A DNA stretch of 63,640 nt, filler included, from Choristocarpus tenellus KU-1152 (Eukaryota > Protista > Phaeophyceae), in the NCBI GenBank assembly GCA_964200185.2. It is 11 parts of 11 records of this genome, joined end to end, with 100 filler letters (N's around TTAATTAATTAA, not from the genome) between each part and the next. Parts side by side here need not be neighbours in the genome. Positions count along the whole stretch, not along the records: positions 1 to 3,875 come from CAXNAD020017447.1; positions 3,976 to 8,285 come from CAXNAD020015179.1; positions 8,386 to 18,218 come from CAXNAD020003350.1; 8 more parts are not named here. One strand, given 5' to 3'. Below, in pieces: positions 1 through 11,502 of the stretch. The notes beneath the pieces are model-generated. The model made no database searches. It worked only from the letters and a program-made list of their open reading frames with translations, and was not told the DNA's origin. The position numbers and the translations under genes were made by a program. How positions within the stretch are numbered: the stretch's first letter is position 1; the number at the start of each line of letters is the position of its first letter.

Positions 1-1226
1 TGTATTTTGTTTTGTGTGGGGGAAGGGAGGAGAGGGGGGGGGGAGGTTTGCTTAATAATTTTTTTTATTATAGCATGTGCTGATAGGTTTGTTTTTTTTA
101 ACTGTACTTCATTTTTTTTAATAATAATAAATAAAGTCCTGACGTCCTCTGGTGGTGTTTTTTTTTTTCTAATGTGTCACCTTATTTTTTTTGTGAGAAT
201 GGAAACCTTGAGTGGTCGGTTCAACCTTTTAGCGTAAAGAAAATTCTTGGTTTGTTCTCATTGGTCGATGTTCTTTTTTTTATAGGGAAACATTGCATTT
301 GTGTCTGTGTGTGTATGTATACATCGTCCATGTATTTTTGAATTGTTTCTTTTGGGAAGTAAATGCTCCGTGTGGAACACAGCAGCACACAGGCACACAC
401 ACACAAAATAAAAAAAGGTTTGAATTGGCACCAATTTTTTTGGGTTTTTCAAGAAGCGGTGATTTCTGCACTCTCTTGCTTTGATAATGATACATACATA
501 CATACAAGGTAAGGACTTTAACCTATGCAATCACTTTTTTAATGAGTGGATCTCTTCTTTTTTTTAGGGGTCTTAAGTGTTCTGGTTTGAGTAAGAAAAA
601 AAAAATGTTCTGGATACAAACATCGGGTGATGTTGATCCATGGACTCAAAACTACGCCTCCAGAAACTGCACACTTTTTTATTAATGTAAGGGAAGTCGA
701 GATATCGAACTGTTTATTCTTGTGAAAAAAAAATGAGTTCAGGACTACCATGCACTTGTTAACAAAAACTGCTCACACATTTATTATTTATATATTTTAT
801 TGTTTTATTTATTTTAAGGGGTATCAGGTGGGTGCTTGTGCTCAACGTCAGTATGCATGCACACAGGCACTCGACTCAGGTCATTCCTCAACTGGTCATG
901 AAGCTGGACTACAGCATGGACTGACTGCATGGGTCAAGAGGACAAGACCCGCACCCACATGTGGAACAGAGCATTGATAACCCAGTATGCAGACTCACAA
1001 CGATTATGGAATGATAAAAATAAAAAATAAGAGTGTATAGATAAATAAATACTTTTACATTTGAATTGTTGCTCTTTATTGTTTCTGATGGAAGCTTGTC
1101 CTCTGTAGGTGTAAAGCGTTCTCGTCCAGAAAATACTTTTGTCTGTTATCTCAAAAAAAATAAGAAAGGGAGTAGTGATGGCAGGTAATACATTAAGAAA
1201 ATAAAATAGAGTCGGTTAGTTAGTTC

Positions 1227-1260
<34 letters not shown>

Positions 1261-2649
1261 GCTCTCTTTTCTTTTTTTGCATGTGAGTTACGACTTGTGT
1301 TTATTTTTTATATACCACTCTACGTTTTATAGAGACTCTTTTTTCTTGTGAAGATGCGAAAGCATTTGCTGATGGGAATCAAGTTCTTCATTAGGGTTAG
1401 GGTTAGGGTTAGTGGAGGTGTTGATATCGGGTATATATAATGTTCTGGAGGAAATTTATGAGGATTACACACATGCCACTGTGGCCTGGCCAGGTACGAT
1501 CTTGACAGCACGCTTGCTTGTTTTGGTAGTGTCATGGATGGCCTTTCTTTATACTACACACACAAGTGGACTGGTGGCATATGCATAGTGTGCATAAATG
1601 TATGGAATAAAGAACCATGATTCGGATATATCGGAGGTAAAGGATGTGTGTGTGTGTGTGAGTGTGTTCCTTTTGAGTTAGGCACAAAATATACCAAGTA
1701 CGTTATACCAAGCACATTCATATGTACACAGAGAGACCTTGCATGCCCCAGTGTGGTGCTTTGGGATTGAGGTGTTGAGGAGGTTATAACAAGATGGGTT
1801 TTTAACCGGAGAGCATCCTCCCACCTTGTTCTTAGAGTTTAATTTTCACCCTCTACTTCAAAGCCTACTCTCATTTTCAGGAGTGCTCGCCTCGACAGTC
1901 AATGAATCAAGAGTTGACTTAAACACTAGGGTTGCAGTGGACGTGGAGTGGAGACAGGTGGCCCAACAATAGTAATCTCTATAAGAAAACCATAGAGCGA
2001 ACTCTTAACACTGTGCATGTGTGCACACAACCCATTGGGAATAGGTTGTTCCTTGGTGACATACTCACCTCCCCCCCCCCAGGTTACCCGGTGGTGTGTG
2101 TGTGTGTGTGTGTGTGTGTGTACATTTGTATTTGTTTCTCTCTCAACAGTCATCAATGAAGAACAATTTCCACTGTTGAAGCCGTAAAAATAGAGCCAGC
2201 TCCAGGTTCTGGATGGGGTGTAACGACCCCATCTATGACAGAAGCTTTCCAGTCAGACACCGCCGTCACAACCCCCTGTGCACCACAGCACAACTCATAA
2301 AAATCTCGGAAACGTTAAGCGATGCTCGAGATGGTTCCCGTCACATGGCCGAGCCAATGAACTGCAGCAATACATATACACTGAGTGAATGGATTTTGTT
2401 CAATGGACTCTGGCCTCACAAGCTCTAGTGCTTTCTTTCTGTCTTTTTACCTAGGAAAAACCTTGGTACACAAAGCAACCACGAGGGAAGAAGTCTCTCT
2501 GCTCCTCCATAACAAACACACAACGCGCGCGCGCGCGCGTGCACTCGGTGCATGATGGGTAGCAAGCACGGCTGCCATCATCTACCTTGCAACTATTGGC
2601 CAAAACAAATAATAAAAAAAATTACAAAAATTTTAGCGATCTGCGATCA

Positions 2650-2830
2650 GGCTCAAAGTATCTGGGGGGGGGGAGGGTGGCGGCGGCTGTCCATTTGGGG
2701 CTCATTTTTCCATGTCGCACTTTTTGTGAGATTTGGTTGCATGCGTCAGATGGATAATGTAAGTGCACTTTTCCTGTTCAGGGCCCGAATGGACACCCTG
2801 GTACAGATCCCCCCCAAGTACTTTTGAGCC
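2650..2830 (+). mobile_element. MITE family B (Sola2-like non-autonomous DNA transposon), complete
   Basis: TIRs ggctcaaagtatctgggggg / ccccccaagtacttttgagcc; perfect 4-bp TSD atca on both sides; internal sequence shared with 54176-54353 and 46542-46888. Confidence 0.85.
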
Positions 2831-3395
2831 ATCAGAAAGGTAGCATGCCATGCTAGGTGTACCTCAACCGATGCCAAGGTGTTCACCCCCCGGAAACAAC
2901 TGCAGAGGAACACAAACTGCCCCTCAACCAATTGCAGACGATTGCACACAATCGTAGCGGCACATTCTGCATTACTTGTACATGTTGCATGTGGGGGGGG
3001 GGGCAGAGCACACAGCAGTAGTGGACATAAACACACTCCACCATTCCCTAGAAAGGTAAAATCACTATTTGTACCACCACCATTGGTGAAGTCAGTAAAA
3101 CCCACTCTGTTCTAGACTAGCATACACACACACACACGCGCGCGCGCGCGCGCGCGTGAGACCACAAGCTGCTTGGTCTCGTGGGCATCCTGTTGCACTT
3201 TCTACAGGTACAGTACAGATAGCTCCTTGTTGGTCCACTGCAATCAAACACCAGCGGAACGTTTATGAGACCATCGTATCAACTCACATCGTAGAGTGAC
3301 TTGAGCACACATCACTATTACTATCTCTACTCATCAGCCATGGGAAAGGGGAGTCAAACCATGGGATTACACATCAAGGCAGTGGGTGATGAGGC

Positions 3396-3875
3396 CTATG
3401 TCAACCCCACAACAAGCGACTGAGATCCATCTCCCAGTTCACCGCCACTGCTACTCTTCTTGCTCATCCCCTCTCCATGCCTCTTCACATATTCCGCCTC
3501 CATCGGTACACCCGATCTAGTAGAGGTACTCCCTACACCTAAAGCAAGCGCCCTTGGTCTCTTCCTTGCCACCACCACCCCCACCTCTGCATCATCTCTC
3601 ATGATACTCACACCAAGCCTCGCTCCTTTCACTGTCTCCATTCCCACCACTGCCCCTACCTCTTTCACTCCTTGTGAAACCATTCCTGAAGACGTCCCTC
3701 TCCTTACTCCCACCTCAAATTCTGCTCTGATGCTCTCTCTGACCCCCCCGTGCTCCACATCCACCCTCGAGCACAACGCCTCCGCCTCTTGCCATGACCT
3801 CCCCCCTCCCCCCCCACTTTCTACATCCAACTGCGGACACAACACCTCCGTCTCCCTCCATGCTTTCATCCCTTC
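3396..3875 (-). CDS. possible low-complexity (G/E/V/S-rich) exon of an unknown gene, truncated by the contig end
   Basis: Open frame of at least 157 codons with an internal repeat (W.E.E.LC...DVE.GG); no recognisable domain. Confidence 0.3.
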   Translation of the reverse strand, partial: EGMKAWRETEVLCPQLDVESGGGGGRSWQEAEALCSRVDVEHGGVRESIRAEFEVGVRRGTSSGMVSQGVKEVGAVVGMETVKGARLGVSIMRDDAEVGVVVARKRPRALALGVGSTSTRSGVPMEAEYVKRHGEGMSKKSSSGGELGDGSQSLVVGLT

Positions 3876-3975
3876 NNNNNNNNNNNNNNNNNNNNNNNNN
3901 NNNNNNNNNNNNNNNNNNNTTAATTAATTAANNNNNNNNNNNNNNNNNNNNNNNNNNNNNNNNNNNNNNNNNNNN
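3876..3975. other. artificial contig-joining linker
   Basis: 44 N + TTAATTAATTAA (stops in all six frames) + 44 N. Confidence 0.97.
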
Positions 3976-3977
3976 CT

Positions 3978-5103
3978 GCAACAAACATATTTGTGTTGAT
4001 GCAGGAGGCACAATCGGGTCCCCGCATCGTGCCCCTTCAGGCTATCATCATCCCAGACTTCGCAGACATCCACCACAACAACCTGGACAACACATTGACG
4101 ATCGTGCCTGGTCAATACCATAGGTTCACCTCAGAGTCCAACCGTCAATCCCTCGGTGGGATACCTGCTCGCTTCTCAAGGCAACTCAGACTTGGGGACA
4201 CATCCGACGCCAGGTTCGGTCGAGGAACCAGCTTCATTCTATGCACGAGTGGGGGGTCTATGAGTGAAAGTATCTTAGAGGGTACAAGTTTTGCCCTATT
4301 TTTCTGTTTGGGGCTTGGCTTCCCACGGGTTTTTTTAATGACATTTTCCTACTCCGAAATATTTCAGAGTAGGAAAAATGTGTAAGTTATGAAAAGGTGT
4401 GTACAGAAGAAGAATATTGACACTTCCTAACAAACACGATAGCCAAAATTACATCAAAATCGCAACATTGGATATTGGCCCCAAACGGACGCGACTCTAC
4501 CATCCAAGATACCCTGACTCTATCGTACAGGGGAAGGTCAGCGATGTTCACGTGGACGGTTCAGGGGCGTACATTCACTCAGTGTCCTACCTTCCTGACG
4601 ATGGCGAAAAAACTTTGCCCCCTCATCTGAGGTCGTACATGACAGAGGACGAGATAGAGGAGGGTGTCGACCAACTTCGAGAGAATAAAAAGAGGGACAG
4701 TGTCGAGGCTGCAGCCCAGCGTGTCAGACAACGCCGCCGGTTGATGGTTCACCACCAGCAGAAGCGTATTGACATGGAGAAGGACACGAAGAAATATATA
4801 CTCCTTGAACCGACACTGAGGGCTGTGCCGGATTTAGATGAGGGAGAAACACCCAATATCGGTGCCAAGGGCAGGGGACTATACTTCAGACGCGACGATC
4901 AGTGGATGTGAGGGACCGTGACCAAGCACCAGCCCCACTACGCGGTGAAAGTTGGAGATGAGCGAATCAGCTACCCCTACGAGTTTAAATGGGAGAATGG
5001 CGAATTGCGAAATATCCAGCTTCTTGTGGAACGATACAGTATAGACTAAGACGCTCCTACATGGTCCTGGTCCAGGATAGGTCCCACTCTCCCCCCATAC
5101 TGA
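3978..5103 (+). pseudogene. disrupted ORF of unknown (probably TE-derived) protein, interrupted by a family A MITE and in-frame stops
   Basis: Removing MITE 4262-4520 and its duplication joins ORF 3993 to ORF 4399 in frame (...CTSGG-S-IVQGKVSDV...); the frame continues past TGA 4909-4911 (GTVTKHQPHYAVKV...ERYSID*DAPTWSW). Confidence 0.5.
4262..4520 (+). mobile_element. MITE family A (Sola2-like), complete
   Basis: 23-bp TIR gagtgaaagtatcttagagggta / taccatccaagataccctgactc; body matches about 11 other copies in the window; flank duplication tat (or ctat). Confidence 0.88.
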
Positions 5104-5694
5104 CGATAGACACGACTTTGAGGAGCAACCTAGGCCAATTCCTGATCGTGAGTCACCCTCTACTTCGCCAACCAGACACATACCTCGACAGACATGTTGT
5201 ACTGGAGAGGTCGGACGTTCTCTAAATCAACGGACTTAAACATTTGGTATATTAATTTCAATATCTTCCTGAAGAATTTGTGTCTGTATTTCCTCATACG
5301 CATGATTTTTTTGGGCCCATGGCAACCTTGAATTCATCTCGATTAGTACGTCTGCCACTATCCTCTAACACTCTTACTGCCATACTCCAATCCTTTTCCT
5401 CCCCTCTTTGCATTGATCGAACCACAGAGCAATTGACAGAAACCTTGCTAAAACAACATTAACGAAGAAGCATCTCGTACTCCGTACCACTATCGATAGC
5501 ACAAGTCGAGATTTTCACAACAGATGACCCCTCTTCCACACCCAATCCAAACGGCGGCAACCATCCCAGCTCCAAACTTTGAACCCAACGGCAACTTCCC
5601 TGAGCCATAATAGCATAGTCTACACCCACTCAAGCGCCAAGCGTAGGTCCTAAAGGCATTTTATTCCAAAATACATAAAAAAAGAATGGTGACT

Positions 5695-5811
5695 GGGTCA
5701 GAGTATCTGGGGGGGTGGTGATTTGTGAGGCGGCGTCCGTTTCGGTCCTGATGATTTGCTCAAACTAATTAATATATTATTAAACTACCACCCCCCCAGA
5801 TACTTTGACCC
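5695..5811 (+). mobile_element. short MITE with family B TIRs
   Basis: TIRs gggtcagagtatctgggggggtggt / accacccccccagatactttgaccc; shorter, different interior; no clear TSD. Confidence 0.75.
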
Positions 5812-6195
5812 TCCGCCACATTGCCAACAATCGGGTTGCCCACCAGTGCGTCTGGATTGCCGTCCTGCCACCAGTGCACCAGCTCTCACTCCAGCCGATT
5901 CTGTCCCCCTTTGAATGGAGCACAGTCGATATTTCTTCAGGACTAACTTCTCCAGTTCTATCCACCCCTCTGCCGACTCGTCATCATCTATTTGACATAA
6001 GATTGTCAAGGTACTCACCCCCAAGTGAATTTTGAAGCCAGCCCACTCGATCTTCCTCTGGCACTGAACCTCCCAGGTTCTTCACTCCACTATAAGAGTC
6101 TCCTGCCGGTTTATCCTGTCAGCAGGATCTCCCCCAGGTTCGAACACCATATTCATCTATTGCCGATTCACTATAGTTCTCTCCGTTTGGCCGGA

Positions 6196-6341
6196 ATGTG
6201 TACGTTATGAGAAGGTGTGTCCGGAACAAGGATATTGACACTTCCTAACAAACACGATANNNNNNNNNNTTACATCAAAATTGCAACATTGGATTTTGAC
6301 CCCAAATGGACACTGATCTACCCTCTAAGATACTTTGACTC
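6196..6341 (+). mobile_element. MITE family A, right half (contains a short internal N gap)
   Basis: gatattgacacttcctaacaaacacgata core and right TIR taccctctaagatactttgactc. Confidence 0.8.
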
Positions 6342-6898
6342 TGAGCTTAGTTCTTGACCAGTGCGGCGAATGCCTCACTCGGAGATTCGTACGTTAAAAC
6401 ATTGTCTAAAGCAGGTCCAGCTGGCGCCTCCTGAAGTCCATTAATTGCGCACGCCGCTGTATGGTGAAGATACGGGTCCACACCTGTCGAGGAATACTCC
6501 AATGACAGTACCCTCAGATGTTCCTTCGTTACCAGTGGCTCCCTCCATCCCCATGAGAGAGTGTGTGTAAGAAACGTTTTGCTCCACTTCCTCCACGTTG
6601 CTGGTTCCCCCTTGAACACAGGTTGTTTCGAGGAATATTGTTCTAACTTAGGTACAAATACGGGTCTAGCCCCCACGGCCACCGTATCTCTAGTCCCAAC
6701 CCCAACCTCGCCCCCTTGCGCAGCTGATGTCCCATCTTGAATCTCACCCCCCCAACTGGTCATTGGCAGTTCTTCAACTCCGTCAAACTTGAATCAAACC
6801 TCGATCTGGGCATCATTTTTTTTGTCTTGACTCCTTGGTGAAAGCTAACATCCAAATATATTAACTACACAAGCCCACTTTTCAAGAATGCTATAGCA

Positions 6899-7194
6899 TG
6901 CTAAGTTGTCCTTGACGATCTGTTGTCCCACACAACCAGTTATATTATTGTTTATTAGGTTGTATCGTAGTTGAGAAGAGAGTAAGATACCATCACTAGA
7001 TGGGGCTCACCAAGCCTCACAGTAAATGACTCAGAATACCAAAAGACTCAACAGCTCTCTAGCGCATGTCAGAAACACTCCGAATCTAACATTCTGCCAA
7101 CTGCTTCTGGTCAAGTACTCCGCCTAAATATCCTTAATCTCCCGCATCATCATCTGTGTGTACATTAAATATTATTTCGAATCTTGTTCTCACA
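6899..7194 (-). repeat. LTR (copia-associated)
   Basis: tgctaagttgtccttgacgatctgttgtccca...ttctcaca, homologous to 32357-32728; TG/CA termini. Confidence 0.65.
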
Positions 7195-8036
7195 AGTGAT
7201 CAAGCAAAATCTTGACAGGAGCAATAAAAAGCAAATTGGTCCAGCATGACAAGGTTCAAGGGATGAGGAGAAGCCACATAAGAGGAAACCTAATGCACGA
7301 TAAGCAAGAGATGAAGGGATGCAATAATAGTTGGTTACAGATAGGTAGTATGAGAAGTAGTGTAGTTGACTGATTTGGCTTGATTGATGGGACAGAACAT
7401 ATTATTATTTGTTCAATTGCACGATAAAGTGATCCTCAGAAGCATTACGTAGATATTTTAGTGGAAAAGGGGGCAACATAAAACATGCTCAGATCACTAT
7501 TATTCAAAGAAAAACACCCCACCCTTCTTCAATGACTAGCTTTTTGGTGTTGTTTGATTTTGTGACACGTTTAGAGATTACATACCCAATTCCATTTGGG
7601 ATAGGTTGTGGGCGAACCATCTCTATTATTGTTTTTCAACTTAAACACAAATATGAGAGCACGGAGAGAGATGATATATATCTGGCAATTAAAAAGGAGA
7701 AATAAAATACCGAAAGCAACAAAGAAATACTATATTGGTTAGAACGTTATAGAAGTGTACAGAGTAATGGAAGTACAGACAAAATACAGTCATTAATCAA
7801 TATTGAAAAAGGACAAATTGCAACTCATCTACACCAAGAAGAGAAAGTCAAGCAACTTTGGTGTACCAAGCAATCAGTTCCATTATGCACCAGTCACCAA
7901 CGTCCACGTCCATGCAGCCCATCCATCCATTCTGAAAAAGAAACGAACCGAAACACAACAACACCAAGAACAGACAGAGAATGACAAGAGAAAAAGGAAG
8001 AATAATTGAAAAATGCATCCAGAGACTTGCACCAGT

Positions 8037-8087
8037 GAGTGAAAGTATCTGAGAGGGTACAGTATTTGCCCTGTTTGTCCATTTGAG
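8037..8087 (+). mobile_element. MITE family A left-end fragment
   Basis: gagtgaaagtatctgagagggtacagtatttgccctgtttgtccatttg matches the family A left end. Confidence 0.7.
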
Positions 8088-8285
8088 GCCTTGAATAATT
8101 AGGCGACGAAGGGCTTTTTCATGTATTTTTGTTCGTTTTTTTGTTCTAAAAAAGTGTTAAAACGTGTGCAGATTGCGATTTAGAAGCAAATGCCTTCATT
8201 GTTTCCCTCAGATGGGCATAAATATGCACGTGAGAATTTACTGTTGTGTGTTATTTGGGCGTTGGTATCATGGATGAAGTGTTTG

Positions 8286-8385
8286 NNNNNNNNNNNNNNN
8301 NNNNNNNNNNNNNNNNNNNNNNNNNNNNNTTAATTAATTAANNNNNNNNNNNNNNNNNNNNNNNNNNNNNNNNNNNNNNNNNNNN
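8286..8385. other. artificial contig-joining linker
   Basis: N44-TTAATTAATTAA-N44. Confidence 0.97.
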
Positions 8386-8755
8386 TTGGGGGTGTGGGGG
8401 GGGTGGTGGGGGGGGGGTGGGGGGTGGGTGGGGGGGGGGGGGGGGGGGGTGGTGGGATGGTAATGAAAGCAACTACTTTAGGAAGTGGTGTCAAATAAGA
8501 ATGCCTGACTGCCTAGTTGGAATTGCAGTGTAGGACTATCAGGTTAGAGATGCAGACTGCCTGAGGTACAGGGAGATATGGAACTGTGGCGTGGAGGTAT
8601 GAATATTGTCCAAGTGAATTGACTGTAATGTGTGTGTGTGTTTGTAACTGTCATCTTGGAACCAGGCACTGGCAAACATGGATGACAATAAGCTTCAAGT
8701 CCAATTGTCTGTAATGTGCAGCACTCTGTGTGATGCTGCTTCTTCATTGGTCCAG

Positions 8756-11502
8756 GTGACTGAGGGCGGGAATCCTTCCTATTGGAGGGTTTTAATATGC
8801 GGACTGTTTGATTGGTCAGAGTATTTAGGTTCTAAATATTCCTCTTGTAGCTCTACTCCTGCATGCTCTGCTGTTGGATGACTCAAGAGTAAGCATGATC
8901 GGTACTAAATGTCTAAGGCTTCAGACATTTTTCTTAACCCTAACCCTAACCCTTGCTGTAATTTGTTTTGGGGGGTTAGTTATGCTTGTTGCTAATGACA
9001 GTTACTCACTCAAGTTGGCTTTTGTGGGATTGGAGGGGTTAGGGTTAGGGTAATTTGTGTTTTTTTTTTGTGATGATAGGTTTGATTGGCTAATACTGTG
9101 CTTCGGAGGTTTACTAGGGGTAGGGTATTTTCACTTTTTTGTATGTAACTGTTAGGGTTAGGGTTACCCAAGGCCTTAACATAGTGATGTAAGATAGGTA
9201 TTGTTTTGGTGTTAGGGTTAGGGTTACCCAAGGCCTCAGCATAGTAATGTAAGATAGGTATTGTTTTGGTGTTAGGGTTAGGGTTACCCAAGGCCTCAGC
9301 ATAGTAATGTAAGATAGGTATTGTTTTGGTGTTAGGGTTTGGGTTAGGGTTAGAGGTATTGGAAGGAAGTGTCCATACACACATGATGAAAGCTGCAACT
9401 TTTGCATTCCTATTCTACACACATGTCAGAGGGGGGAAATAAACAGTTACATTTTTTTGCCACAGCATGCCAAATTTTGGTCAATCGCACATCGTATAAA
9501 TAATTTAAATGTATAAATATTTATTTATTTTAGGTGTTTGAGAATTAGACTGTTAACTTTGGTATTTGTTTTTCTATTCTTGAGGGAGTTCCTTGAACTT
9601 GTGCATCTAGATTTTTTAAAATCACAAGCAGTGCCTTGGTTTTGGTTTTGGTTTTGGTTCTGTTGTACATGAGCAAAGGTACAAAAGAATACTCTTTGCA
9701 TTGCAATGATGTGGTGTGGTCAAAACATGCTCCTCTCCTCCTCTCCTTGTCCTGGTTGTTTCTCTTTGGTTTGTTTATTATGGTGCTTCTCTTGGTACTT
9801 TTCAGGTTCTTCAGGTGCAACCAACTCAGTTTGATGCAGAGGCATCTGGTGAAGGGAATGAAAAGGGCGTGAAGAGCATACAATCGGGAGATGGAGGGGT
9901 GTCAGAGGCGGAGCTGTTGAGGGTTACAAAAATGAGATTGGATTACTTTGACCAGGTGGCGATTCGGCCCCAGAGCTGTCTTGTCTGTAATCATTACTTT
10001 AATTGCTTTATTTCTTTTTTATGGCGGGGCATCCCTAACCCTTTCACTCTTTTGGATATTTTCTCTGGTTGATCTTTGTTGTTGCCTGTCTCAGCCCTAA
10101 CCCTAGTACTATTTTGAAGTTATTTTGAGGGTTGGAATACGGGGAATGAAAGGGAGTACTTGGACCATCACAGCGGCCTCAAAATACTATGTTGAATTGA
10201 CCTGCCAAAAATAAGACGCCCTATCCTCTGTAATCTCTGCTCCCCCCCTCCCTCCGTCTTGAGGTGCATATACAATAAAGGTATATCCTAGTCACTCATG
10301 ACATGCAAGTTTCGCAATTGAAAGTTGATATTTAGTACTGAAAGCACACACACTACAACATGCATCCATAACTTCTTGTCAAGGATTAGTGTGTTGCTGT
10401 TTGGCTTTCAATGTAACTGTAACTGTCACTGTCACTGTCACTGTCAGCGTAACTGTCACTGCTGCCTTGTATTGTGTTCGGTGTTTGAATGGACTGCAGA
10501 TTTGTCGCTGGCTGTGCGTGTTCTTTGTCCGACTGGAGTTGAAGGAGTCCTGCGAGGCGATATGCTACGAAGAACTCGCCAACCTAACCAATGCCCTTCA
10601 TGAGCACCCGAATGCTCTTGTGCAGGCAGGGCTGCAAAAGAGTCTGCAGAGGCTGGGTTTCACGTATTAAATTCGATGGGGGAGGGGCACAAGCAAGTGT
10701 GATGATGGATGTGATGGAACTGTGCAGGAGTGTGAGAGGGTTGCTTTCCTTTTCACGGAAGGGTGGATGATAATGATATACCCTTTTGGTGGAGTTTATC
10801 TTGGTTGTGTTTGGAGGCGTTTTTGATTGTAGTTTTGCGATTTAAGCAATATGCACTCGGGCATATTGAAATGTTTTGAGTGACAGTAGAGGTCCTTTGG
10901 CATGGACTGGTGTGAGGGGAGTTGTTGATGAAGTTTTTATTTTTATATTTTGAGGATGGGGTGGGCGTGGGTGTGAGGGATTTGAAAGTGAAGAGTAACT
11001 TCCTTGTCCTGTGTGTGTTATGTGTGTGTGTGTGTGTTTGCTTGTTTACACGCTTTTTGTATCCTGTCAATTGTCGGTGTTGATATAGATATGCCAATTG
11101 GTTTTCATCTGGCGATGATCCAAGGTTTCAGATGATTTTGGGGGGGGTTGGTCACAGAGTAGTCTCTACGGATTTGTAATCAGAGTTCGTTTCGAAATCC
11201 TTTTGTGAAGGAGCATGCCCACCTTCCTACCTGATGAAACAAAGCTCAAGAAAGTGCAATTTGTTAGGGAGTATGGGTGTATGGGTGAACACAATACGTG
11301 CATTTGTGTTTGTGTATGTTGTGTCCATTGTGAGGCTGGTGTTGGCTGCTACTCTCCACAAGTGCCATAAAAGGTGTGTTTTTGTCTCTCTTCACGTTGT
11401 GGTGATACTGTGACTCACTTGTCACACCTCTTGAGGGATACTAATCTATGCTCGCTGTTCCATTTTTTTATTTGGTGTTGTGTGTTGGGCGCGCAGACTG
11501 CT
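8756..11502 (+). CDS. exons of an unidentified protein (partial gene)
   Basis: Phase-0 compatible exons 8756-8788 (VTEGGNPSYWR), 9806-9955 (VLQVQPTQFD...RLDYFDQ), 10500-10625 (ICRWLCVFFVRLELKESCEAICYEELANLTNALHEHPNALVQ; GC donor); candidate microexon 11497-11502. Confidence 0.5.
9151..9352. repeat. 60-bp minisatellite (about 3.3 copies) containing TTAGGG repeats
   Basis: Unit gttagggttagggttacccaaggcctcagcatagtaatgtaagataggtattgttttggt at 9151, 9211 and 9271. Confidence 0.92.

Larger units (their letters stand above)
5240..7194 (-). mobile_element. degenerate Ty1/copia LTR retrotransposon 5' part (LTR, gag, zinc knuckle, protease), interrupted by two MITEs
   Basis: LTR-like TG...CA segment 6899-7194 homologous to 32357-32728; gag-like ORF 6347-6763 (PVFKGEPATWRKWSKTF...ESPSEAFAAL); CWQCGG knuckle start at about 5812-5830; protease-like AIDSGTEYEM near 5470-5500. 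Confidence 0.65.

Noticed and set aside
1391-1412. TTAGGG tracts as true chromosome ends
   Set aside because: Only 2-5 units, internal to contigs and in both orientations
3124-3157. (CA)n(CG)n alternating tract (also 2515-2540) as a Z-DNA regulatory element
   Set aside because: Simple microsatellite; no evidence of function
3920-3931. TTAATTAATTAA palindrome recurring ten times, as a biological motif
   Set aside because: Always centred in exactly 44+44 N; an assembly linker
9010-9422. ORFs with repeated peptides (NPNPNTKTIP...)
   Set aside because: Translations of the 60-bp minisatellite
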